A DNA stretch of 64,000 bases. Origin: an uncultured Flavobacteriales bacterium. Lineage in GTDB: Bacteria; Bacteroidota; Bacteroidia; Flavobacteriales_D; Crocinitomicaceae. Shown here piece by piece: positions 17,664 through 26,490 of this stretch. Numbering within the stretch: the first letter of the stretch is position 1; each line of letters begins with the position of its first letter. The notes below the pieces were generated by a model. It saw only the letters and a program-made list of their open reading frames with translations, ran no database searches and was not told where the DNA came from. The position numbers were made by a program, and so were the translations under genes. The stretch is taken from NCBI GenBank assembly GCA_913046365.1, contig CAJWRM010000002.1, forward strand, positions 50,815-114,814, written 5' to 3'.

Positions 17664-18491
17664 ATGCGTAGAGATAAAAAAAATCATAAGCCCGATAAAA
17701 ATGTTTCAAAGCGTGACAAACGCAAGTATATAGAATATCGTCAACGGTTTAAGAAGGGAGATCCTTTGCCGTCTTTTAATGATGAGGTGAGGCTAAATAA
17801 ATTTATATCCAACGCTGGCATTTGTTCTCGAAGAGAGGCAGACGTGCTGATCGCTGCTGGCGTAGTGATGGTTAATAATAAGGTTATCACGGAGCTTGGG
17901 TATAAAGTAAAACCTGATGATGAAGTTAAATACGACGGCGAAACCATTAAGTCCTACAACAAACGATACGTTTTATTGAATAAACCTAAAGGGTTTTATT
18001 CAACATTGGGAGAGTCAAAAGGAAGAAAGACTGCTTTGAGTTTAGTTCAAAAAGCATGCAGAGAGATGCTATTTCCTGTGGATAAGCTTGATAAAGATGC
18101 AACTGGTTTGTTGCTATTTACTAATGACACGGATTTATCTAAAAAATTGAATCACCCTCGATTTGAATCCAAGAAATTGTACCATGTTGAATTGAATAAA
18201 CCCGTAACGAAAAGTCATTTAAAGCAAATGCTTGAGGGGCTGGACCTAGAAGATGGTAAAACTAAAGTTCTGAATGCTAAACATGTTCAAGACGGAACAT
18301 CGCGAGAGGTCGGTATTGAGATAAGCTCCGGTAAAAAACAAGTTATTCACCGCATGTTTGAAGCGATGGGTCTTTCCGTGGTGAAATTAGACCGTGTTCG
18401 ATTTTCAGGACTTACAAAAAAAGACCTTCCAAGAGGAATGTTTCGTCACTTATCAGAAAATGAAATTTCGTTTTTAAAAATGACTAAATAA
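17664..18491 (+). CDS. rRNA pseudouridine synthase, RsuA/RluB family, with S4 domain
   Basis: Basic N-terminal tail, S4 motif LNKFISNAGICSRREAD, VLLNKPKG, and catalytic-Asp region KLDKDATGLLLFTND. Confidence 0.85.
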   Translation: MRRDKKNHKPDKNVSKRDKRKYIEYRQRFKKGDPLPSFNDEVRLNKFISNAGICSRREADVLIAAGVVMVNNKVITELGYKVKPDDEVKYDGETIKSYNKRYVLLNKPKGFYSTLGESKGRKTALSLVQKACREMLFPVDKLDKDATGLLLFTNDTDLSKKLNHPRFESKKLYHVELNKPVTKSHLKQMLEGLDLEDGKTKVLNAKHVQDGTSREVGIEISSGKKQVIHRMFEAMGLSVVKLDRVRFSGLTKKDLPRGMFRHLSENEISFLKMTK

Positions 18492-19171
18492 TGCGGGTCT
18501 TTTATTTTGGAATATTATTTTCAGTTTTGTACTCATGTTCTACCTCGGACTCGGATTCATCACATCCATATTCGGAATATTTTTATAACTACGATACAGT
18601 ACCTAAGGTGTATAGATATCGAGACATTATTCATGGTTTAAATGAACAGTTTCATAGAGTATACGGCATTGAAGATTCTGAGGGCAAGCATATCGTTGTG
18701 GAACGTTACGTTCAGGATGGGAGGTTAACAGAGGCATTTAATTTTAATTTAGATTCTTTAAATGTGATGGACCATATGGTTGTAAATGCTTTAGGTGAAA
18801 ATGAAAAGGCGACATTATATAAAGATGATTTCTTGCCAAAAGCAAAAGGAGAAGCCGCCATATTTACCTCAAAATTTTCTGGGATTACGGATTCTACAGT
18901 TTTTTTGATGGAGGTAAATAGGAAATTGAGCGATATGAAAATGCGCAAGATATTATCTGATTCTTCGGAATGTATTACATTAGAGGAGAATGCTATTTAT
19001 ACTTTATTAAATCCATTTACGAAACAAGAAAGTCAGCAGCGGCTTGAGACAGTATCTTATTTTGCAAAGGGCGTTGGACTTGTTACGTGGTATGATACTA
19101 AAAAAAGGAGTCATTTTGAGCTTGAAGAGATTCTTTCTCAAGAAAAATGGATAAAATTAATTTCAGAATGA
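18491..19171 (+). CDS. Hypothetical lipoprotein
   Basis: Signal peptide with lipobox-like LYSC. No recognised domain. Confidence 0.5.
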   Translation: MRVFYFGILFSVLYSCSTSDSDSSHPYSEYFYNYDTVPKVYRYRDIIHGLNEQFHRVYGIEDSEGKHIVVERYVQDGRLTEAFNFNLDSLNVMDHMVVNALGENEKATLYKDDFLPKAKGEAAIFTSKFSGITDSTVFLMEVNRKLSDMKMRKILSDSSECITLEENAIYTLLNPFTKQESQQRLETVSYFAKGVGLVTWYDTKKRSHFELEEILSQEKWIKLISE

Positions 19172-20049
19172 AAAAGTATTTTTTATTGCTACTAAGCATG
19201 TTTTTGATTTTTTCGGGATTTTCTCAAAGAAGAAATAAGTCGAAGCCTAAAAAGTCTTTTAATGCGGGAGCTATCTTTTTTCATTGGGGGTACAACCGTG
19301 ATTTTTATACCAAAAGTGATATTAATTTTACTGGTCCAGGATATGATTTTACGCTGCAAGATTGTCAGGCAGAGGACCGTCAAGAATCGTTGAGCTATGA
19401 AAATTATTTCAAGTTCAACAACATAACCATTCCGCAATATAATATCCGTATTGGTTATATGATTAAAAAAAATTGGGCCATTTCTTTGGGCTTTGACCAC
19501 ATGAAATATATCCTTAAAGACAATGTTCCTTACCAACTGTCGGGAACGATAAATCCAGGTGTTGATCTAGAGACCAATTGGTCCGGGACTTATATAAATG
19601 AGCCCGTGATTACGCAAGAGGCTACATTTCATTATGAAAATAGTAATGGATTGAATTATATTCGGGCAGAGGTTTCACGAGTTGATCAATGGTATAGGCA
19701 AAGAAATTCAGCTTGGTTCGCGGTGTCTAGTCTCTTTGGTGCGGGTGTGGGTGCAATCGTTTCTATGAATGACTTCACATTTGCTGGAAGACAATCTGTA
19801 GAAACCCAATCTTTATCCGGCATGGGGCTTTCTCTTCATGCCGATCTGCGCTTGGAATTTTTTAGACATTTTTATATTCAGCCGGGCATAAGCTCTGGCT
19901 TTATGTTGCAAAATAATGTAAAAACAAGACCAGAAGATTTTAATTCTATCGCTAGCCAACAGTTTGGTTATTTAGAAGCCCACGTCTTGTTTGGCTGGTT
20001 GTTTTATTTGAAGCCTATTAATGCATGCGACGCATGTCCTCAGTGGTAG
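19168..20049 (+). CDS. Hypothetical outer-membrane-like protein
   Basis: The ATG at 19168 gives signal peptide MKKYFLLLLSMFLIFSGFSQ. Alternating beta-strand-like pattern. ATGA overlap with the upstream lipoprotein gene. Confidence 0.5.
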   Translation: MKKYFLLLLSMFLIFSGFSQRRNKSKPKKSFNAGAIFFHWGYNRDFYTKSDINFTGPGYDFTLQDCQAEDRQESLSYENYFKFNNITIPQYNIRIGYMIKKNWAISLGFDHMKYILKDNVPYQLSGTINPGVDLETNWSGTYINEPVITQEATFHYENSNGLNYIRAEVSRVDQWYRQRNSAWFAVSSLFGAGVGAIVSMNDFTFAGRQSVETQSLSGMGLSLHADLRLEFFRHFYIQPGISSGFMLQNNVKTRPEDFNSIASQQFGYLEAHVLFGWLFYLKPINACDACPQW

Positions 20050-20053
20050 AAGT

Positions 20054-20617
20054 ATGAAGTATTTAATTGTAGGTCTTGGAAATCCCGGTTTGAAATATGC
20101 GCAAACACGACATAATATCGGGTTCGATATTGTAGATAGATTGGCTAAAGAGGTGGGTTCAATATTTGAAACTGAAAGGCATGCTGACCGCGCTGAATTG
20201 AAGTTTAAGGGTAGAAAGCTGATTTTAATCAAACCAAATACTTTCATGAACCTATCTGGAAAAGCGATTCAATATTGGCTTCAAAAAGAGAAAATACCAA
20301 TTACTAACCTACTTGTAATCAGCGATGACCTAGCATTACCATTTGGAACGCTGCGTCTCAAAGGTAAAGGCTCTGCTGGCGGTCACAATGGATTGAAGGA
20401 CACTGAAGAAGTACTTAAAACCTCAGCGTACAGCAGATTGAGATTCGGTATTGGAGATGATTATCCTCGAGGCAAACAAGCGGATTTTGTTTTGGGGTCA
20501 TGGTCAAAAAAAGAGGAAATAGCCCTAGATGAACGCATTGAACAATCCACCAAATTCATTCATTCATTTGTTACTGTTGGTCTGAATATGACGATGTCTG
20601 CGCTGAACGGCAAGTAG
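20054..20617 (+). CDS. pth: Peptidyl-tRNA hydrolase
   Basis: MKYLIVGLGNPG...TRHNIGF...KPNTFMNLSG...LRLKGKGSAGGHNGLK. Confidence 0.95.
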   Translation: MKYLIVGLGNPGLKYAQTRHNIGFDIVDRLAKEVGSIFETERHADRAELKFKGRKLILIKPNTFMNLSGKAIQYWLQKEKIPITNLLVISDDLALPFGTLRLKGKGSAGGHNGLKDTEEVLKTSAYSRLRFGIGDDYPRGKQADFVLGSWSKKEEIALDERIEQSTKFIHSFVTVGLNMTMSALNGK

Positions 20618-20632
20618 GCCTAATCAATGCGG

Positions 20633-20661
20633 AAACAAGTTAAATCTTGTTTATTTTTTTT
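20633..20661 (+). terminator. Rho-independent terminator of pth, embedded in the 3' end of the convergent GH25 gene
   Basis: AAACAAG-TTAAAT-CTTGTTT followed by ATTTTTTTT. Confidence 0.6.
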
Positions 20662-21596
20662 AAATATTTGAATCCATCTTTTGTGACGAGATGCAGATAA
20701 TATAGGCCAGGTCTCAAAAAAGAGCAATCAATTGAACCATCCTTGAAAAGGGTTTCGTGAATTATTCCTTTAGTATCTTGAAGGGCTATTTTATCAATTT
20801 CAGTTTCCCCAATATTTATATTCAGAAAGCTTGATGTTGGATTTGGAAAAACATTGACGTCATTATATTCCTGCGTGATCATTTCAGCAGTATTTATTCC
20901 GATGACCGTATTGAAATCTTGAGGTGTGCCATTAAATATATTCAAATCAACATCACCTTGAATTCCTGGGATCTCTCCCCACCAAGAAAACTGTTTAAAT
21001 TTCCAATCTTCCCAGGCACCAATATTGGTAGGTGGGCTTAAGTTCTCATCCGGTTGTGCAAACCATAAACCATATTCAGTCAGTGATGAATTAAGGTAAT
21101 TGGCATAGTTTCCATTAATATAAATATAAGGTGTGATTCCTGTTTGCGTCTCTACTTCAATCATCCATTCCTGCGCCCAGTTACTCAATTCCTCTGATGT
21201 GAACATATCCGTAAGTAAAATGGCTTGACCTCCCGAATATGGATTTTCTAGGTCGAGTACAGGGGGCAGAAATCCATTTCCAATATAAGCTGAGGCAACA
21301 TTTAAAAAGTTCGCCGCGTCCTCCTGAGGAGTATTATTGTCTGGCCTCGCAAAGTGGTAGGCGCCCATTACTACATTTGCATTGAGTCCATTTTCCATAT
21401 TGGTAAAAAACATGGGGTCTGTGTAGGTCATACCCTCTGTTGACTTGGCCCAAGCATAGCTGTATCCATCTGCTTTTACTTGCTCCCAATCAATATTTCC
21501 TTGCCAATTGGAAACATCAATTCCAAGCAAATCTTGACAAAAACCAATCGATATGCTCGAGAAAAAAAATAAAGAAAAGAGGATTGTTGTTTTCAT
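20640..21596 (-). CDS. GH25 family muramidase (lysozyme) with T9SS type-A C-terminal sorting domain
   Basis: Signal peptide. GIDVSNWQGNIDWEQVKADGYSYAWAKSTEG is the GH25 signature. The CTD is VFPNPTSSFLNINI...GLYYLHLVTKDGFKYLKKINKI. Confidence 0.85.
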   Translation of the reverse strand: MKTTILFSLFFFSSISIGFCQDLLGIDVSNWQGNIDWEQVKADGYSYAWAKSTEGMTYTDPMFFTNMENGLNANVVMGAYHFARPDNNTPQEDAANFLNVASAYIGNGFLPPVLDLENPYSGGQAILLTDMFTSEELSNWAQEWMIEVETQTGITPYIYINGNYANYLNSSLTEYGLWFAQPDENLSPPTNIGAWEDWKFKQFSWWGEIPGIQGDVDLNIFNGTPQDFNTVIGINTAEMITQEYNDVNVFPNPTSSFLNINIGETEIDKIALQDTKGIIHETLFKDGSIDCSFLRPGLYYLHLVTKDGFKYLKKINKI

Positions 21597-21757
21597 AGTA
21601 GGAGGGTGTGTTTAAGTTCTATAAATTTATCTTTTCTGCATCAATTTCCCTCAAGAATTTGGAGTCAAAATCAAAATTATCATAACCAATGTATTCAAAC
21701 CCTCTATTTGTAATGAATTGCGTACTGTTTTGCAATCCTTATCAAGGAAAAAACCTT

Positions 21758-21765
21758 TAATTTTG
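21758..21765 (+). promoter_or_regulatory. Candidate -7 box TAATTTTG placed 4 nt before the asnS ATG
   Basis: Exact TAnnTTTG match. The G is at 21765 and the ATG at 21770. Confidence 0.35.
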
Positions 21766-21769
21766 TACT

Positions 21770-23215
21770 ATGGCTAGAATAAAAATTTCAGAACTGCTCG
21801 GGAATGGGGCAAATTTCCTTGGAGAAAAGCTCGAGGTAAAGGGATGGGTGCGTGCTTTTAGAAGCAAAAGATTCGTCCAGCTAAATGATGGCTCTTGTAT
21901 GGCAAATATTCAAGGAGTGATTGATTTTGATAAGTTTGATGAGCAATCCCTTCGTGCAATTAGTACAGGAGCGGCAGTTAGTCTATTTGGTACTTTGGTT
22001 GAGTCTCAGGGTTCTGGCCAAAGCGTAGAGCTCCAAGTCGAATCTTTTGAAATTATTGGACCTGCAGATCCAGATGCGGTTCAAAAGACGATTCTTCAGC
22101 CGAAAAAGCACAGTCTAGATTTATTAAGAGAGCAGGCACACTTGAGGTTTAGGACGAACACTTTTGGCGCTGTTTTTCGTATTAGACACGCAGCATCATT
22201 TGCAGTACATAAATTCTTCAATGACAAAGGGTTTAATTATATACACACGCCAATATTGACTGGTTCTGATGCTGAAGGTGCGGGTGAGATGTTCCGCGTA
22301 AGTACATTAGATCCAAAACAACCCCCTTTGGACGAGCAAGGTAATATTGATTATACCAAAGATTTTTTTGGCAAGCAGGTTAACTTAACGGTTTCAGGTC
22401 AATTAGAAGCCGAGCTTGCTGCACTTGGATTGGGCCAGGTTTATACTTTTGGTCCGACCTTTCGCGCAGAAAACTCAAATACTTCTCGTCACCTTGCTGA
22501 GTTTTGGATGATAGAGCCTGAGGTCGCATTTAATGACCTTTTCGATAATATGGATTTGACAGAGGACTTCTTAAAATACATATGTAATTATATTCTTGAC
22601 AATTGTGCCGAGGACTTAAATTTTTTAGACCAGAGATATACACAAGAGCAAAATCAAAAACCACAAAATGAGCGCAGTTATTTAGGGCTTTTAGAAAGTA
22701 TTGAGTTTGTGACGAAGAACGCTTTTAAGCGCCTTACTTATACAGAGGCTATTGATGTTCTTCGCAATTCAAAAGCATACAAAAAGAAAAGGTTTGAATT
22801 TCCAGTCGAGTGGGGTGTTGATTTACAAAGTGAGCATGAGCGATATTTGGTTGAAAAGGAATTTAAATGTCCTGTGATTTTACGAGATTACCCTGGTGAT
22901 ATCAAAGCCTTCTACATGCGTCAAAATGATGATGGAAAGACTGTAGCAGCTATGGATGTTTTGTTCCCGGGAGTTGGAGAAATTGTTGGGGGTTCTCAAC
23001 GAGAGGAGCGTCTAGATATTTTACAAGCGAAGTGTAAAGAATTTGATATTGCAGAGGAAGAGATTTGGTGGTATATAGAGACTAGAAAATTCGGTACAGT
23101 TCCTCATGCTGGATTTGGTATGGGCTTCGAAAGATTGGTCATGTTTTTGACAGGAATGTCCAATATTCGAGACGTGATTCCTTTTCCACGAGCTAGAGAT
23201 AATGCGGAATTTTAG
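21770..23215 (+). CDS. asnS: Asparagine--tRNA ligase
   Basis: Class II motifs [19 protein letters not shown] and GFGMGFERL, with an N-terminal OB-fold region. Confidence 0.95.
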   Translation: MARIKISELLGNGANFLGEKLEVKGWVRAFRSKRFVQLNDGSCMANIQGVIDFDKFDEQSLRAISTGAAVSLFGTLVESQGSGQSVELQVESFEIIGPADPDAVQKTILQPKKHSLDLLREQAHLRFRTNTFGAVFRIRHAASFAVHKFFNDKGFNYIHTPILTGSDAEGAGEMFRVSTLDPKQPPLDEQGNIDYTKDFFGKQVNLTVSGQLEAELAALGLGQVYTFGPTFRAENSNTSRHLAEFWMIEPEVAFNDLFDNMDLTEDFLKYICNYILDNCAEDLNFLDQRYTQEQNQKPQNERSYLGLLESIEFVTKNAFKRLTYTEAIDVLRNSKAYKKKRFEFPVEWGVDLQSEHERYLVEKEFKCPVILRDYPGDIKAFYMRQNDDGKTVAAMDVLFPGVGEIVGGSQREERLDILQAKCKEFDIAEEEIWWYIETRKFGTVPHAGFGMGFERLVMFLTGMSNIRDVIPFPRARDNAEF

Positions 23216-23219
23216 GCAC

Positions 23220-23246
23220 AAAAAAACCGGAAACATAGTTTCCGGT
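23220..23246. terminator. Hairpin terminator between convergent asnS and the ECF operon (T-run on the minus strand)
   Basis: Perfect 9-bp stem ACCGGAAAC-ATA-GTTTCCGGT, flanked by A7 on the plus strand, which is T7 after the hairpin on the minus strand. Confidence 0.7.
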
Positions 23247-23265
23247 CTATGAAAACAGGCTATTT

Positions 23266-23763
23266 CTATTTGAATCTCTGAGAACCTTTTGATGGTCCAG
23301 GCTTTCCTCGGCCTGATGGTGCGTTTTTCATACGATTCATAAGCTGCTTTTTAAATGCTATTTCAGCATCTCCAAGCTCAAATACTTTTTTGTACCCAAG
23401 CAGCTCACCGATCTTTTGGGAGTACTCTTTTTTAATATCAAGTCCTTTTATCGCACCATCATGACGGGAATTCAGCGCATTTTGATAAGACCGATCATTT
23501 TGATTTAGGCTGTCTGTCTTTAATGCTTTTAGGTCAGCCTTCATTGATTTACGGTGTGCTTTTATTTCTGCTTGCATTTCATTGTAGATAGGCCAAAATG
23601 CTTCTGCCTCTTCTGTACTCAGCTCTAGTTTTTTAGAAATGAAGGCAACTTTGGCTTGTTCGATCCGCGCTGTGCGCTGTTTTTTTTCGTTTTTCTTCGT
23701 TGTTTCTTGAGCAAGCAATGTAAAGCTGCTCATCATTAGGCATACAATTAATAAGTGTTTCAT
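23266..23763 (-). CDS. Periplasmic helical protein (Spy/CpxP-like, ECF-associated)
   Basis: Signal peptide. Lys/Glu-rich helices with LELSTEEAEAFWPIYNEMQ. Last gene of the sigma/anti-sigma operon. Confidence 0.55.
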   Translation of the reverse strand: MKHLLIVCLMMSSFTLLAQETTKKNEKKQRTARIEQAKVAFISKKLELSTEEAEAFWPIYNEMQAEIKAHRKSMKADLKALKTDSLNQNDRSYQNALNSRHDGAIKGLDIKKEYSQKIGELLGYKKVFELGDAEIAFKKQLMNRMKNAPSGRGKPGPSKGSQRFK

Positions 23764-23773
23764 GTATTTGGGT

Positions 23774-24265
23774 TTAAAAAATTAATAATTCGTTTTCGTC
23801 AAAATTATTTAGGTTAATAAAATCTTCATCAAGGTATTGCTCAATAGTTTCTGTTTCTAACTCTTCAGGTATGTAACCAAAGACCTCTGTGAATGTACTA
23901 CTCTCCATTTCCTCTTCTGTAATAGGTCTAGAGGCATCAATAAGCTCATCTTCGGAATAATCCTCAATATTACTTTCTACATATTCTAGAATTTCGTTTG
24001 CACTAAGCTCTGCTAGATAGCTTTCATAACTCTTGGTCTCAACGGAGGGGGCCATGAATTGCTGAAAAAGGACAAAGCCAATTACTAAAACGGCTGCTGC
24101 AGCATATGCGACAGGAAGGAATCTTATTTTAGCCGTTTTTTTTGCACTTAGCGAAGGTTGTTCCGTTTTGGCGACCTTCGAAGCAAGATCAGCAAAGTAA
24201 TCTTCTTTCGGTAACTTGGTTTTAACCGGTTTGATACAATCCAATATGCTTTTTTTCTTGTTCAT
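23774..24265 (-). CDS. Putative anti-sigma factor / single-pass membrane protein
   Basis: Single TM helix (AYAAAAVLVIGFVLF) and an acidic C-terminal domain. Sits 12 nt downstream of the ECF sigma gene. Confidence 0.5.
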   Translation of the reverse strand: MNKKKSILDCIKPVKTKLPKEDYFADLASKVAKTEQPSLSAKKTAKIRFLPVAYAAAAVLVIGFVLFQQFMAPSVETKSYESYLAELSANEILEYVESNIEDYSEDELIDASRPITEEEMESSTFTEVFGYIPEELETETIEQYLDEDFINLNNFDENELLIF

Positions 24266-24277
24266 TCTTTTATTTGA

Positions 24278-24847
24278 TTATCCCAGGGGTGAATGGTTTA
24301 ATTGCGAAATCAAAAAATTGGAAATTTTTTCTTTTGCAAGATGAAAGCTCGCTTTGAGAGCGCCCTCTGAGGTCCCGGTAATTACTTTTATTTCCCTGTA
24401 GCTCAGGTCTTGAAAATATTTTAGCTCAAAGACAAGCGCTTGTTTATCCGGTAAGTTTGAAATAGCCTGATTCAGTAGAGCAAGTATTTCATTTGGTCCT
24501 TTCCCTTGGAGCTGATAAGCACCTGGAATTAGTTCAATAATATTTTGGTCTAATGAGATACTTGACTTTCTTTTTTCTTTTTTTAAAAAATTGAGCGCCT
24601 CATTGTGTGTGATTCTGTAAAGCCAAGAGTAGAGAGATGATTTCCCTTCGAACTTATCAATGTTGAGCCATATTTTTATAAAGGTTTCTTGCAGAACATC
24701 CTTTGCGGAAGTATCATTTTTAACTAATTTATATACTTGTGCATAAAGCTTAGGCCCATAGAATATAGTCAGTTCTTGAAAAGCCTGCTCGGCTTTTCTT
24801 CCTCCTTTTTGAATCGTATCACGCCATTTCTGATCTTGTTCTGTCAT
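24278..24847 (-). CDS. ECF-type RNA polymerase sigma-70 factor
   Basis: Region 2 (DVLQETFIKIW...YSWLYRITHNEALNFLKK) and region 4 (LSYREIKVITGTSEGALKASFHLAKEKI). Confidence 0.85.
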   Translation of the reverse strand: MTEQDQKWRDTIQKGGRKAEQAFQELTIFYGPKLYAQVYKLVKNDTSAKDVLQETFIKIWLNIDKFEGKSSLYSWLYRITHNEALNFLKKEKRKSSISLDQNIIELIPGAYQLQGKGPNEILALLNQAISNLPDKQALVFELKYFQDLSYREIKVITGTSEGALKASFHLAKEKISNFLISQLNHSPLG

Positions 24848-24909
24848 CCTTATGCATAGGATTATATTTTGTCAAAGAGGTTTAATGAATTATTTTATTT
24901 CTTGTATCA

Positions 24910-26385
24910 TTACTCTTCTTTGGAAGAAAGGAATGATTGAAACCAATATCCAGAATCCTTTATGGTTCTCTTTTGCGTTTTGAAATCTACATGAATCAGG
25001 CCAAACCTTGGCTCGTATCCTTCGCTCCACTCAAAATTATCTGTAAGACTCCATACGTAGTAACCGCTGACCGGGGCCCCTTCGTTTTTTGCTTTTAGGA
25101 CTTGATCCAAATATGTTTGGAAGAAATCAACTCTTTTTGGGTCATGTACCCGGTTATTTTCAACGCGATCTTTGAAACAGGATCCGTTTTCGGTAATAAT
25201 AATGTTATTGATATCGTATTTTGAAAATTGCTTGATGACACTGTATATCCCTTCTGGATAGACCTCAAATTTCATCTCATTCATGGGTACCCCTCTCTTA
25301 TCTGCTGAAATTTGTTTTGCCCAAATAAATGGCGGGAAAAGACTTTTTTTGGCGACGACTCGGAAATAATTCTGCAGTCCAATGAAATCAAATTTAAATT
25401 TCAAGCGTTCTTGATCCCCAGGTTCAAAGTAGCGATTTATTCTTTTTAACGCAGGAAGTGCATCTGTAGGATAACCCAATCCTAATGATGGCTCTATATA
25501 TAGTCGGTTCAGTAAGGCATCCATTCTTTTGACTGCACCCATGTCTTTGTATCCAAATACGGGATCATTTCTGTAGGGGTCTATTTGAGAACAGCTAAAG
25601 GTGCTTCCTACATTTGCATCAGGAATATTCTTTCGGATTATACGTCCGCCATCAGCCATCGCTAGACAGGCATGATGCGTGGCTTTTAGAAATTTATAAG
25701 GCCCTTTTTTTCCTGGTGCGTGGTATCCTAGCATATAGCCCAAACCTACAAATGCTGCAGGTTCATTCATGACCATCCAGTTCTTTACTTTACTACCATA
25801 CTCTTCAGTGCAAAAGGAAACATATGTACTGAACCAATCTAAGATTTCTCTGTTGGCCCACCCTCCTTTATCTTCTAGCGCCTGAGGAAGGTCCCAATGG
25901 TAGAGCGTAATCCATGGTTCAATTCCGGCAGCAATACACTCATCAATTACTTGATGATAGAATTCGACCCCTTTTGGATTTGTTTTTCCGGTCCCTTTTG
26001 GAAATATTCTTGACCAGGAGATGGAAAAGCGAAAAACGCCAAAACCCATATCTTTCAGCAGCGAAATATCTTCTTTATATCGATGATAAAAGTCTGCAGC
26101 GAGGTCTCCATTTTCTTGGTTGTGTATTTTTCTTTTTTTGTGAGAAAAGGTATCCCAAATCGAAGGACCTTTGCCATCAACATTCCAGGCTCCCTCAACT
26201 TGATAGGATGCGCATGCTGCTCCCCATTTGAAGTCTTTTCCGAAAAGAGATGCATTGAAAGGTGTGCTTTCTTTCATTTCTTGGGCAAATGAAATTAAAG
26301 CACATTTTGTAAATAAAATAAATATAAAGCCAATAATGTGAATCGATTGTAACAGCGTATTGAATTTCAAGATATAACCTTTCAT
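24910..26385 (-). CDS. GH1 beta-glucosidase with N-terminal signal/anchor sequence
   Basis: FKWGAACASYQVEGAW, acid/base MNEP, nucleophile ITENG. The start is placed at ATG 26385 (MKGYILKF...) because 26469 would leave only 21 nt to the divergent gene. Confidence 0.85.
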   Translation of the reverse strand: MKGYILKFNTLLQSIHIIGFIFILFTKCALISFAQEMKESTPFNASLFGKDFKWGAACASYQVEGAWNVDGKGPSIWDTFSHKKRKIHNQENGDLAADFYHRYKEDISLLKDMGFGVFRFSISWSRIFPKGTGKTNPKGVEFYHQVIDECIAAGIEPWITLYHWDLPQALEDKGGWANREILDWFSTYVSFCTEEYGSKVKNWMVMNEPAAFVGLGYMLGYHAPGKKGPYKFLKATHHACLAMADGGRIIRKNIPDANVGSTFSCSQIDPYRNDPVFGYKDMGAVKRMDALLNRLYIEPSLGLGYPTDALPALKRINRYFEPGDQERLKFKFDFIGLQNYFRVVAKKSLFPPFIWAKQISADKRGVPMNEMKFEVYPEGIYSVIKQFSKYDINNIIITENGSCFKDRVENNRVHDPKRVDFFQTYLDQVLKAKNEGAPVSGYYVWSLTDNFEWSEGYEPRFGLIHVDFKTQKRTIKDSGYWFQSFLSSKEE

Positions 26386-26490
26386 AGTATAAACTTCTAT
26401 TACATTGATTTTAAAACCTTTGAAGTTAAAATTAACTTCCGTATTGGTTTCATTGTGTATATTTAGCACACCAAATTAAAAACAAACTAG

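Noticed and set aside
21597-21769. Small RNA or peptide in the 173-bp GH25/asnS divergent intergenic region
   Set aside because: I found only a weak 5-bp hairpin (ATTGC...GCAAT) and a 23-codon ATG ORF (MYSNPLFVMNCVLFCNPYQGKNL) with no supporting features. Two divergent promoters sufficiently explain the region.
23266-24847. ECF sigma operon as a FecI/FecR-type trans-envelope signalling unit
   Set aside because: No TonB-dependent receptor or FecR-like domain protein is adjacent. The membrane protein is too short (163 aa) for a FecR-type anti-sigma factor.
26386-26469. N-terminal extensions suggested by the ORF track (GH1 to 26469, ftsE to 37064, gpmI to 54858, thiL from 60311, pth from 20021, M14 from 14616)
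   Set aside because: The extensions run into neighbouring genes, a tRNA or promoter regions, and lack homology-like sequence. Internal ATGs restore canonical N-termini such as MKYLIVGLGNPG and MENKIGLIILDGWG.
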